Source: an uncultured virus (IMG/VR IMGVR_UViG_3300009151_000002)
Taxonomy: Duplodnaviria > Heunggongvirae > Uroviricota > Caudoviricetes
Virus record (IMG/VR): IMGVR_UViG_3300009151_000002
Direction: 5' to 3' (one strand)
Length of the DNA: 57,765 bases
A program made the translations under genes and the position numbers. Below, piece after piece: positions 37,713-46,283 of the stretch. The notes beneath the pieces were generated by a model that worked only from the letters and a program-made list of their open reading frames with translations, had not been told where the DNA came from and ran no database searches. Each line of letters opens with the position of its first letter. The first letter of the stretch is position 1.

Positions 37713-38504
37713 CTATATTAATTTAAATACTGTTTTATTTTTTGTAACTCCGTTAAGTTGTCTATTCAAAGTAGAATTATTAAATCCATATTTTTTACAT
37801 ACATCAGATATTGAACTGAAAATTTCTTTTGTTTCCAAGTTAATAACTTTTTTTTGAACAAATGAATAATCTTTATTTATGTTTATAAGAGACTTATCTG
37901 ATAAGTCATAAACTATTTTATTTTTTAATTCTTCAATTTCTTGTTTGCTAATTATATTTCCAAACTTTAAATAATAATCATTTATAGATTTGCTTACAAC
38001 ACAAGCTCTTCTTACTCTTGATGAACTAGTATTTAAAAATAAAGCTGCTTCTACCAATGTATTAAACTTATATATAATATACGTTTTTAAATTGATAAGT
38101 ACAACCTTTCTACTGTTCCTATTAACAAATACACCACCTTTTCTACAATGAGGCTTATCTTTAAATCTACTTTTTGCAGCAGTTGATATTTTTAATTTTG
38201 TTTCTGGAGAATGTTTTAAATTTAATATACCTTCACCACCATCTGTTAAATTGCATAATGTACCTGCGTATATATCAGATCTTCCATATTGTTCAATATA
38301 CTGTTTTTCTTTTTGACAAGCTTCTTCCCATGTAATATCAGAATGTAATATTTCAACTAAAAATTCAGTATTGTTTTTGTGTACAATATTTTTCCAATAC
38401 TTATTACGACTACATCTTGCATAGGCTCTATTTAAAGTTTTACCAATACCTATATAAAATACATCTTGAGTATCAATTCTTATATGTTTATATACACAGG
38501 CCAT
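37713..38504 (-). mobile_element. Free-standing GIY-YIG homing endonuclease between terminase and portal
   Basis: CVYKHIRIDTQDVFYIGIG...RA...E...LCNLTDGGEG, plus KHSPETKLKIS (NUMOD3) and NUMOD1-like C-terminal repeats. Confidence 0.85.
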
Positions 38505-40711
38505 TATTTTATATTTTTAAAAGGACTTCTCATTTTATTACCTCCTTGTGATGATCTAATACTACCCATATTCTTAAATAAACTTTTTTGTGTACGGTAC
38601 AAATTTTCTGACTTTTGCAAGTTTTTAGCCGTATCATCCATGATAACTCTTTTAGAATAACCTCTATTAGCTTGCTGAATTCTCATGAAAGCAACCATTG
38701 CACAAAAAGCAACAAGTCTATCCACATTGACTCCATCTGAATATGCAGCCATTTCTTTTAATAACATGATATCAGGTATTCTTTCAATACCATATTTAGT
38801 TCTTACAATAGTACCATCAGATTTAGTTTCAACATCAAGTTCTTCTTTTGTGTACTCAATAGCATAACTCAGTAAGTGAGCTTTAAATAATGTTCCTGTA
38901 TTCTTCCAACCATACTCCTGATACACTGAATTATTAGATCCCAGGTCTTTTAAGAACATTATTTGACTTTTTGGTACTAAGTACTTCTGCTTCTTTCTAG
39001 AGATCATATACTGAATAAATAATGAGATGTTATTCTCAATTACTGTCCAGGCATTATACCATTCAATAATTGTTTCCAGTCTTTGATGTGTTTTATTAAT
39101 ATCATCAAACCTTCCGCACCATGCAGCTACAATCTTATCTGGTTCTATGTATGTTTCAGTTTCTATACCGGTAACCTTTGTTACTTCTACAGGAGCTTTC
39201 ATAATATAGATAGAACATAAAGATTCAGATGTAGTTGTTTTACCTTCAGCCACGGGGTCAATACTAGCATAGTACATTCCGAATGTAGGATTCTCAACAG
39301 GTCTTTCCCATACTACAAGAACTCCTGTTTTATCTTCAGTATTTTTTGTAATTGGAAATTCTGTAATAGGTCTTTTGTTACTGTGCTCAGGAAGTATTTT
39401 ACCATTAGCATCTCTACCTAATTCTAAGAATTCATATGCATATTCTTTATCTTCAATTCTTCTTTGTTGTGCTGTTACAAGATGCATTGGGAACTTAGAT
39501 ATAGTTCTGTTAGCAAAAGCTTCTTCAATGTTTCTTGGGTGCTGAGAAATCCTTAACTGATATGTTTCTGGAGCAAGTTCTTTTTTCCATTTTTCAAACT
39601 GATCATCTAATGCTTCTAAGGCTTCTGCTACTTGAGAATTACCAAAGTTATCAATGTATGGTGGCATAGACCATTGTTCAGGAATGAATAACCCAGATCT
39701 TCCTACAGAACCTTTATTATCTAGTAAGTCTGTTTCTACAGAATAAATATCATTTTCATTTGGATATAGAATCATTTTTCTCAATGGTTCACACTGAGAT
39801 AAATCCCCTACAGATCCTGCTGCTATAAACACACCAGTAGTAGTTAAACCAGATCTCATGGCTGGACGCATATACTCATAAGTATTATCCATCCTTGGAG
39901 CAATCCCTGCTTCTTCATGAAAGAAGTATTTAACCGGACCCCCTACACCATTTGTTGGATCTTTCTCAAATGACATACCTTGGATAGTACCTTTAAGACC
40001 TACTTCTGTTTTTCTATCTCCTCTTCTTACCTCAATTTTCTGTTGCCACATCATTACCTTGTCTGGAGACATAGGTCTATACCATGCTGTATGTTCATTA
40101 AGAAAAGCCGCGTACTCTTGTAAAAACTTCCAGGATCCTTTCTCATTGATGTAATCTTTAAGACTAGCACCAATCTTTAGAGTAACCCCTTCTTCAAACC
40201 ATTGTTGGTTAAGAAGCTTAGCCATGTGGTAATAAGAAGAAGCTATCTGTCTTTTCTTAAGAATAGCAATGTGATTATAGTTTAGTTCTGCTAGTATCTC
40301 ATATAGAGCCATGTGATATTGAGCATCCCGGATATCAGCAAAACCAAACTTTTGTATTTCTTTGTTGAAGATAGGTAGAAAGTTTAACCACATATAGTAG
40401 TCTCTGGTCATATACCAGACTTTACCTTTTTCTTTAATCAAGAGTCCTCTTCTGCATTTTGCTTTCTGATCATCCCAATAACTTATAAAATCTTTGGATT
40501 TAAAAGGAGCTGTACAATAAACTTTGTCTTTATTAAACTTTGCAGATTCTTGTGTAAATAAATTTGCTGTAGTATCATTAAACTCATACTTACCTGGTTC
40601 TTTAAAAACATTGGTTAATAAGTAATCATAGAATTCTTCTCTGGAATTAAAGTCAGTAGAAGTCCATGTACCATTATCCCATGTAGGTATGTCTTGATAT
40701 ATTTCTCTCAT
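38504..40711 (-). CDS. terL: Terminase large subunit
   Basis: 735 aa. Walker A variant LKKRQIASSY, Walker B FFHEEAG, nuclease YASIDP, IENN and NVDRL motifs as in crAss-like TerL. Confidence 0.92.
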   Translation of the reverse strand: MREIYQDIPTWDNGTWTSTDFNSREEFYDYLLTNVFKEPGKYEFNDTTANLFTQESAKFNKDKVYCTAPFKSKDFISYWDDQKAKCRRGLLIKEKGKVWYMTRDYYMWLNFLPIFNKEIQKFGFADIRDAQYHMALYEILAELNYNHIAILKKRQIASSYYHMAKLLNQQWFEEGVTLKIGASLKDYINEKGSWKFLQEYAAFLNEHTAWYRPMSPDKVMMWQQKIEVRRGDRKTEVGLKGTIQGMSFEKDPTNGVGGPVKYFFHEEAGIAPRMDNTYEYMRPAMRSGLTTTGVFIAAGSVGDLSQCEPLRKMILYPNENDIYSVETDLLDNKGSVGRSGLFIPEQWSMPPYIDNFGNSQVAEALEALDDQFEKWKKELAPETYQLRISQHPRNIEEAFANRTISKFPMHLVTAQQRRIEDKEYAYEFLELGRDANGKILPEHSNKRPITEFPITKNTEDKTGVLVVWERPVENPTFGMYYASIDPVAEGKTTTSESLCSIYIMKAPVEVTKVTGIETETYIEPDKIVAAWCGRFDDINKTHQRLETIIEWYNAWTVIENNISLFIQYMISRKKQKYLVPKSQIMFLKDLGSNNSVYQEYGWKNTGTLFKAHLLSYAIEYTKEELDVETKSDGTIVRTKYGIERIPDIMLLKEMAAYSDGVNVDRLVAFCAMVAFMRIQQANRGYSKRVIMDDTAKNLQKSENLYRTQKSLFKNMGSIRSSQGGNKMRSPFKNIK

Positions 40712-40713
40712 AA

Positions 40714-41229
40714 TTATTGATCATATCCTAAACCAATTCCTCCGCGCACTTTGCTGGATTGTTCTTCTTGTAAATCTTTGTAGACTCCTTTAAATGAAGC
40801 TCTGATATCATTAAAACTTTTAGCTGCAGCAATAATAGAATTCATGTTACCGTCCCTACCTGTAGTAAGTGTTGATGTTTCCATAAACTTTGCCAATCTA
40901 TCTAGCATAGATGCAATACCTTTATATGCTCTTGATGTTGGTGTTTCATACATTCTTTGACAGAATAGCAAACCAATAGCAATGTCATCATCTTCAGTAG
41001 AAAATTCTGCTTCTATCTCTTGAAGAATTAAAGATTCTTTATCTATCTCCGGAGTATGAAAAAATGGATTCATATCTGGATTAGGACATGTCATGTAAAA
41101 CAAGTACTGATAAATCTTTAAGTAATCATCCGGATAATTATCCATGATATCTTTTAAAGCTTTCAGTGTATAGCAATGCTCTGTAGGAATCACCGCACCA
41201 TTTTGTACATCAAATAATCTTACTAACAT
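40714..41229 (-). CDS. Conserved protein upstream of terminase (possible small subunit)
   Basis: 171 aa helical, ending SKVRGG.GLGYDQ; conserved crAss-like pre-TerL position. Confidence 0.45.
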   Translation of the reverse strand: MLVRLFDVQNGAVIPTEHCYTLKALKDIMDNYPDDYLKIYQYLFYMTCPNPDMNPFFHTPEIDKESLILQEIEAEFSTEDDDIAIGLLFCQRMYETPTSRAYKGIASMLDRLAKFMETSTLTTGRDGNMNSIIAAAKSFNDIRASFKGVYKDLQEEQSSKVRGGIGLGYDQ

Positions 41230-41230
41230 A

Positions 41231-42070
41231 CTATTTCTTTTTAATTACTATTTTGTTGTCTTTGATATAATGCATTAAAGCATTAACCTCATCTACAAGA
41301 TACGGAATTACCATGGGAATTACATCTTTTATTACAGGATCTCCATTGTGATCTAGTTTAATAACTGGATATCCATACTCATCTTCTGAGTCAACTTCAA
41401 ATAAAACATGGTGAATAAACATTTTTCCTGGTTTCAATTTAGGATTATGTTTAAGCATAATATACATGTAGATACTTAACTGAATTGCATAGTGATTAAA
41501 GTTACAATCATCTAAGCTATCTAATGGAAATTGTAATTTATCTGAAGCTCCTTCCCAGTTTACAAATGATTCTTTCTTGATCTCTTTGTTTGTCTTATAG
41601 TCAATAATATTTATTTTACCATTCACTACCTCAACTAAATCTGATTGACCACATATACCTGCAGATTTAAGATATACCATATGTTCAGGATACACTCCTT
41701 CTTCTAGCTTCTGACTAGGTGCAAGTTTTATACCACTTTCTGTTGTTTCATTAGGAATGAAAATTGGTATATTCTTCCCGTCAACTTCAAGAGATGATAA
41801 TGCACAAAGATCTGCTTCTCTCTGATTGTGGTAATAAGTTCCCATAGTAACAGCTCTATCTGATTCAGTTTCCCAAATCTCTTGTATTTTCTTTGGATCA
41901 ATACCAAACCATTTAGATCTCTTATTTTTAGAAACTTTTGCAGCAATAGACTTAGCATCAAAAGGTTTTTTAAAGTGAGCAACTAATGTTGTTACACTTA
42001 TCCAATTAACTTTATCTTCAGCTTCTAAGCTTTTGTAAGTATGATCTGTTGCACTAAAGTATATACTCAT
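41231..42070 (-). CDS. PD-(D/E)xK exonuclease
   Basis: HTY...SVTTLV...GTYYH...E...GICGQSDL...IIDYKTN...HYAIQLSIY. Confidence 0.85.
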   Translation of the reverse strand: MSIYFSATDHTYKSLEAEDKVNWISVTTLVAHFKKPFDAKSIAAKVSKNKRSKWFGIDPKKIQEIWETESDRAVTMGTYYHNQREADLCALSSLEVDGKNIPIFIPNETTESGIKLAPSQKLEEGVYPEHMVYLKSAGICGQSDLVEVVNGKINIIDYKTNKEIKKESFVNWEGASDKLQFPLDSLDDCNFNHYAIQLSIYMYIMLKHNPKLKPGKMFIHHVLFEVDSEDEYGYPVIKLDHNGDPVIKDVIPMVIPYLVDEVNALMHYIKDNKIVIKKK

Positions 42071-42071
42071 C

Positions 42072-42377
42072 TTATTTAAGTTTATCTAGTTTGTCTTCAT
42101 CTTCTTCTGATACTACAGCTTTCCATCTTAAATCAGGACAATCTGATGAAAGAGATCTTAGTTTAAATTTTAATGAACATCCACATAATTGACAACATGG
42201 TTGTGATCCTGTTAAAGCACAAGAATCACCTTTATCATCTTTTCTTACACAGGCATTACAATGTTGCATTCTAGCTGCAGCTATTTCCTCAACAAATCTA
42301 TCTCTTATAATGGAATTCTTAACACCTTCCATGATTTGGGTTCTATTCTTCCAAATCTCCTTTAAGTTTGGTTTCAT
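42072..42377 (-). CDS. Zn-binding Cys-rich protein
   Basis: RMQHCNAC...CQLCGC...K.RS...CP...W; likely start at MKPNLKEIW (42377). Confidence 0.6.
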   Translation of the reverse strand: MKPNLKEIWKNRTQIMEGVKNSIIRDRFVEEIAAARMQHCNACVRKDDKGDSCALTGSQPCCQLCGCSLKFKLRSLSSDCPDLRWKAVVSEEDEDKLDKLK

Positions 42378-42732
42378 CTTTAGATTTTTTAAAGTTAATT
42401 TTTCTTTCTTCTTCTTTAACAATCATCTCATGTAGATTCTTCATAGCTTCAACTTTTATTTCTAAAACTTTTTTATGTTGATATGCAGCAAATGTAGATG
42501 TATCATGTGTGATTAATTTTGTTTCAATAGTTTCAATACCTTTTTTAACAGCATATGGTTTAGCAACAAATTGCCCTAAACCATCTACATTAATTCTAGG
42601 ATGGGATAAGTTAGTAAGATTTTTCCTTAATGTTTTATATACATATTCAATTAAGTCTTCTACTAAATTATGATCAACTTCTAATTCCTCAGAAATTGTT
42701 TTATAGAGGCTGGCTGCTTTTTTCGGATTCAT
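42343..42732 (-). CDS. IHF/HU-like DNA-binding protein
   Basis: Helix-helix then RINVDGLGQF, an HU/IHF-like beta motif. Confidence 0.55.
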   Translation of the reverse strand: MNPKKAASLYKTISEELEVDHNLVEDLIEYVYKTLRKNLTNLSHPRINVDGLGQFVAKPYAVKKGIETIETKLITHDTSTFAAYQHKKVLEIKVEAMKNLHEMIVKEEERKINFKKSKDETKLKGDLEE

Positions 42733-43090
42733 AACCTAATAATTTATAATCAAGTAAAATTGTACCTGCTGTTTGTATTTTCAATGCTGGATTTAACATC
42801 ACTTGTTTTTTATTACTTGGATCTTTTACTATCAATCCATTCTTCTCAGCTTTGTTTATGCAATTTCTAACAGTTTGTGAAGACTTGAATATCCAGTCTT
42901 CATCAGAAGATGCATCATAACAAAAATGAGTAAGCTCTATTGGTTGGTTAAAACTTAATAGAGTTAAACAGTTTAAATCAGACTCACTCATTACTATACG
43001 GTTAATATAGCAATGAGTTAGTATCTGAAATTTAACCACATCCCACTTAGGCATCTTAACCTTTTTCTGAACTTGGTTAACTGTTGCCAT
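42701..43090 (-). CDS. Winged-helix DNA-binding protein
   Basis: MSESDLNCL...SSQTVRNCINKAEKNGLI...LNP. Confidence 0.6.
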   Translation of the reverse strand: MATVNQVQKKVKMPKWDVVKFQILTHCYINRIVMSESDLNCLTLLSFNQPIELTHFCYDASSDEDWIFKSSQTVRNCINKAEKNGLIVKDPSNKKQVMLNPALKIQTAGTILLDYKLLGYESEKSSQPL

Positions 43091-43092
43091 AC

Positions 43093-43398
43093 TTATGATC
43101 TTTTAAGTTTTCTTTCTGCTGTAGGAGAAGTTTGTTCCGCAGTTTCTTTTTCCTCTTTCTTTTCTTCAGGTTCACGGTCACTAGTATCTTGCTCTTGCTG
43201 AGCTGCCATAATATTAGCCCACTGGATTTGAATAGTTGCTCTTCTAAATCTTGCTTCCTCAATTTCAGTTAAGAACTTTTCATACTTACTTTGTGATTCT
43301 AAATAAGGTAATGAATCATCATAGAATGCTTTCATTTCTTCTTTTCTTGCAGCTAACTCCTCTTGAGTTAATTCTTGCTCTTCATGTTGGTTTGACAT
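43093..43398 (-). CDS. Hypothetical coiled-coil protein
   Basis: 101 aa, Glu/Gln-rich. Confidence 0.6.
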   Translation of the reverse strand: MSNQHEEQELTQEELAARKEEMKAFYDDSLPYLESQSKYEKFLTEIEEARFRRATIQIQWANIMAAQQEQDTSDREPEEKKEEKETAEQTSPTAERKLKRS

Positions 43399-43421
43399 AT
43401 TTTATACTTTTTAAGTTTAAA

Positions 43422-43430
43422 CAAATATAC
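43422..43430 (-). promoter_or_regulatory. Bacteroidota-type -7 promoter box (GTATATTTG)
   Basis: TAnnTTTG directly downstream of a terminator and upstream of ATG 43398. Confidence 0.55.
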
Positions 43431-43460
43431 ACATAAAGTTTAAATCTCTGATGTTTAAAT

Positions 43461-43492
43461 TAAAAAATCCAGATACTTAGAGCACCTGGATT
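43461..43492 (-). terminator. Rho-independent terminator
   Basis: AATCCAGGTG...TATCTGGATT stem followed by a T-run. Confidence 0.7.
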
Positions 43493-43520
43493 ATAGTAAT
43501 GTGTGTTACGGTAATGAGTA

Positions 43521-43679
43521 TTACCTATTCTTAATTGTAAAATTTAATATTGTAAGTGAATAAAACACTCTAGTAACATCTATCTCTACACTAAATAAAT
43601 CTAGACTTGATAGTCTTAATTTTAAAATTAATTTATCCCACTGTTTAGTTGGAGATTTCCAATTGTTTCTAAATTTCAT
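43521..43679 (-). CDS. Small protein (52 aa) after the endolysin, not in ORF track
   Basis: MKFRNNWKSPTKQWDKLILKLRLSSLDLFSVEIDVTRVFYSLTILNFTIKNR*; ATGA overlap with the upstream stop. Confidence 0.65.
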   Translation of the reverse strand: MKFRNNWKSPTKQWDKLILKLRLSSLDLFSVEIDVTRVFYSLTILNFTIKNR

Positions 43680-44269
43680 ACTTCAAATTCATTTAATAAA
43701 ACATAAGTAATTTTTTTCTGAGGTTTTAATAATTTGATCCATTCTAAATGTTTCTGCTTATCATTAACAACCTGACAACCAGCAGACCAATCACCTATAT
43801 TTTCCTGAAGACCTTTAAAGTTATTGTCATAAGTAGCAGCATGAAAGTTAATACCATAACCAGCACCTTTAATCGGAGTGCCAATTTCTTCTGATTTTCC
43901 ATCCATATCTCCATCACGGAATACAATAAAGTTTCCTACTTGTTTTAATGCAGGCATCTTACCCATGTGAAGACCATAAGCCCACACATCATAATACCAT
44001 TCATCTGATTTAACTATTGCTGCTCCTACTTTATTGTATTTTAAAAAACCTCCTTCTAAAATTGGAGTACCAGGATTTGTTGTACCAGATGTAACACCAA
44101 TAAATGAAGCTTCATTAAACAAATAAAATTTATCATCAAATTTGTTTGGTGCATCTTCATTTGATCTTATACCCAGTATCCAATATCCTTTTGGAAGAGC
44201 TGTAAATGATTTTAATGACTTAACTTTATTTAAAAGTTGTACATCATTATATGTTCTTACATTAATCAT
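43676..44269 (-). CDS. Putative endolysin with L,D-transpeptidase-like (YkuD) catalytic motif
   Basis: GINFH-x16-WSAGCQV His/Cys motif; follows holin-like genes. Confidence 0.6.
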   Translation of the reverse strand: MINVRTYNDVQLLNKVKSLKSFTALPKGYWILGIRSNEDAPNKFDDKFYLFNEASFIGVTSGTTNPGTPILEGGFLKYNKVGAAIVKSDEWYYDVWAYGLHMGKMPALKQVGNFIVFRDGDMDGKSEEIGTPIKGAGYGINFHAATYDNNFKGLQENIGDWSAGCQVVNDKQKHLEWIKLLKPQKKITYVLLNEFEV

Positions 44270-44275
44270 AAAATT

Positions 44276-44506
44276 CTATTTTATTTCTGTTGATGAATCA
44301 TCAACTGTAAACTGAGACATTGCTGCTAATAAACCTCCGCCAAATGCTGCATAACCACCTGCTGTTATGATTGCTGCTGGTAATGCTACTGGAGCTGTAG
44401 CTAATACTGTTCCTATAGCAGTTAAGATCAAACCTACTCTTTGTACTTTCTTCCAAAATTTAGGAGTAGGTGCATTAAATCTTTCTTTTAAACTTAACTC
44501 TTTCAT
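44276..44506 (-). CDS. Putative holin
   Basis: 76 aa; TPKFWKKV followed by two hydrophobic segments. Confidence 0.65.
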   Translation of the reverse strand: MKELSLKERFNAPTPKFWKKVQRVGLILTAIGTVLATAPVALPAAIITAGGYAAFGGGLLAAMSQFTVDDSSTEIK

Positions 44507-44510
44507 ATGT

Positions 44511-44810
44511 TTATTTATTGATTACAAATTGTCTTACAGCATCTGAAAGCTCACTTACATTTCTTGCAAGATTCTTTATCTCTAACTGTGTTTGTTCTTG
44601 GATTGCTTGATATTTAAGTCTTGCTTCTTGTTCTACAAGTTCAATCTTTCCTTTTAATTTACCAAGTTCTTCTGCTTGATGTCTAGCACCAAGTAATAAA
44701 ACTTCAATGTCTTTTCTTGTATCATTATAGGCATTCTTTAAAAAGAAACCAAAAGCAGTAATCAATGTTGCTGCTATAAATAATACAATTGTTAGTGTAC
44801 TTAAATCCAT
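44511..44810 (-). CDS. Membrane protein with coiled coil (lysis cassette)
   Basis: N-terminal TM helix plus coiled coil. Confidence 0.55.
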   Translation of the reverse strand: MDLSTLTIVLFIAATLITAFGFFLKNAYNDTRKDIEVLLLGARHQAEELGKLKGKIELVEQEARLKYQAIQEQTQLEIKNLARNVSELSDAVRQFVINK

Positions 44811-44838
44811 GTTTAATAAGTTTATAAAATGTATATAA

Positions 44839-44846
44839 TAATATAC
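44839..44846 (-). promoter_or_regulatory. Putative late promoter box (GTATATTA)
   Basis: TTTTTTGTATATTA upstream of the lysis cassette. Confidence 0.5.
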
Positions 44847-44865
44847 AAAAAATTTTAAAATAAAC

Positions 44866-45360
44866 CTATAAAAAATACTGTTCTCTGACCTCTACAGGAA
44901 CATTATCCATAGCTTGAAACATCTCAAATAAGATAGGTCTCTGAGTAATAGCTAATTCATAAATTTCATCTAATGCAGCTTGCTCATTAGGAAAAGTAAA
45001 ATTGCTTGCAAGGTAATCTGATATTTCAGGATCAGATGGTCTTAAACAAACAGTAGCCTGTAAATCGGGCTCAATAAAATAACTTGTTTCTAATGTAAAT
45101 TGTTTTTTCTCTATAGGAAATTGAATTACAACAGGATTATGGTCAATTTCAGGGAATGTTATTGTAAATTCAATTGGTGTGCCTAAAACATTTTCTAATC
45201 CAGTAGTATATACAATATAATATATATTATCTAAATCTGAATAGTCATAATTTACCCAGTAAAGTGTATCACCTTGAGGGTTTGGCAATCCTTTATATGT
45301 AGCACATAATGTACGTGCATTTATTGCTTGTTCTTCAGTTGTATATGTATAGCCTAACAT
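44866..45360 (-). CDS. Hypothetical protein (tail fibre accessory)
   Basis: 164 aa, TAATG-coupled to the upstream lectin-like gene. Confidence 0.55.
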   Translation of the reverse strand: MLGYTYTTEEQAINARTLCATYKGLPNPQGDTLYWVNYDYSDLDNIYYIVYTTGLENVLGTPIEFTITFPEIDHNPVVIQFPIEKKQFTLETSYFIEPDLQATVCLRPSDPEISDYLASNFTFPNEQAALDEIYELAITQRPILFEMFQAMDNVPVEVREQYFL

Positions 45361-46283
45361 TAGTATATAGAATAAAATGAATTGATATTACTTGAAATTC
45401 CAGCTCTATTGCTTGATTGGTCTGTATTGTAAATAATTAATTGACTTACACCACCATCATAATAACTAAATTTTGCAGTTCCACTTTTTGACCCTATTGT
45501 CAAATCAGCAGTTGCATTTGCCGTTGAAGGTGAATTTGTTAGCACGTTTAAACTTAAAGCACTTCCATTATTTACATATATTTTACTCCTATTTAACGCA
45601 GTTGCATTTCCATTATCAGTATCATCGTTAATTAAAAACAGTGAATTAGTAGTTAATGGATTTGTTACAGTTTGATTTGACACGGTAGCTAAAGCTAAAC
45701 CAGCATTTCCATTTGTAGTAAAATTTCTAACATTACTTGTATTTAATGTTGTTAAAAAATAACCAATATTAGCAGACGTACCATTATTATTACATAATAT
45801 AAATCCTTCATTTGCAACCCTATTATATCCAACAGCACTAATAAAAGATTTGCCAGTTTTATGAAGAAAAGAAAAACTACTTAAACTTGATGGTACTGAC
45901 ATAAAATCTGAAAGTCCATCAAAAACAACGGTTGGTTTAGAATTCTTAGTTAATAAAGAACCAGCACTAACTATTCCAGGTTGATAGTCTAATGTTGTCT
46001 GTTCAAAATTATAAGCATTCCCACTTTGGTCGTACCAAATAGAAACAAATCCATAGTTTGCACCAACAAATGATAATAAAGATGTTGTATCTAACACGTT
46101 GTTAACAAAACCAATATCTTGAGAAGTGTTATCAGAAGACCTTCTAACTCTAACGGCATACCCAGTGTATGCACTTCTTAATTTACACAAAGAATAAGCT
46201 CCGATTGCATTTGGATAAACATCTAAAAGTAATTGAGAAGAACCGCCTTTGCTCATTGAACTTATTAAACTATAGTAATTCAT
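45360..46283 (-). CDS. Concanavalin/LamG-like (arabinofuranosidase-B-like N-terminus) tail fibre tip protein
   Basis: AYSL.KLRSAYTG.AVRVRRSSDN...DIGF...VSIWYDQSGN; likely start 46283 (TAATG overlap). Confidence 0.65.
   Translation of the reverse strand: MNYYSLISSMSKGGSSQLLLDVYPNAIGAYSLCKLRSAYTGYAVRVRRSSDNTSQDIGFVNNVLDTTSLLSFVGANYGFVSIWYDQSGNAYNFEQTTLDYQPGIVSAGSLLTKNSKPTVVFDGLSDFMSVPSSLSSFSFLHKTGKSFISAVGYNRVANEGFILCNNNGTSANIGYFLTTLNTSNVRNFTTNGNAGLALATVSNQTVTNPLTTNSLFLINDDTDNGNATALNRSKIYVNNGSALSLNVLTNSPSTANATADLTIGSKSGTAKFSYYDGGVSQLIIYNTDQSSNRAGISSNINSFYSIY

Noticed and set aside
27779..38504. Group I introns or inteins associated with the homing endonucleases
   Set aside because: The HEGs abut neighbouring genes with no space for ribozyme cores. 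TerL, portal and MCP look uninterrupted and lack intein motifs.
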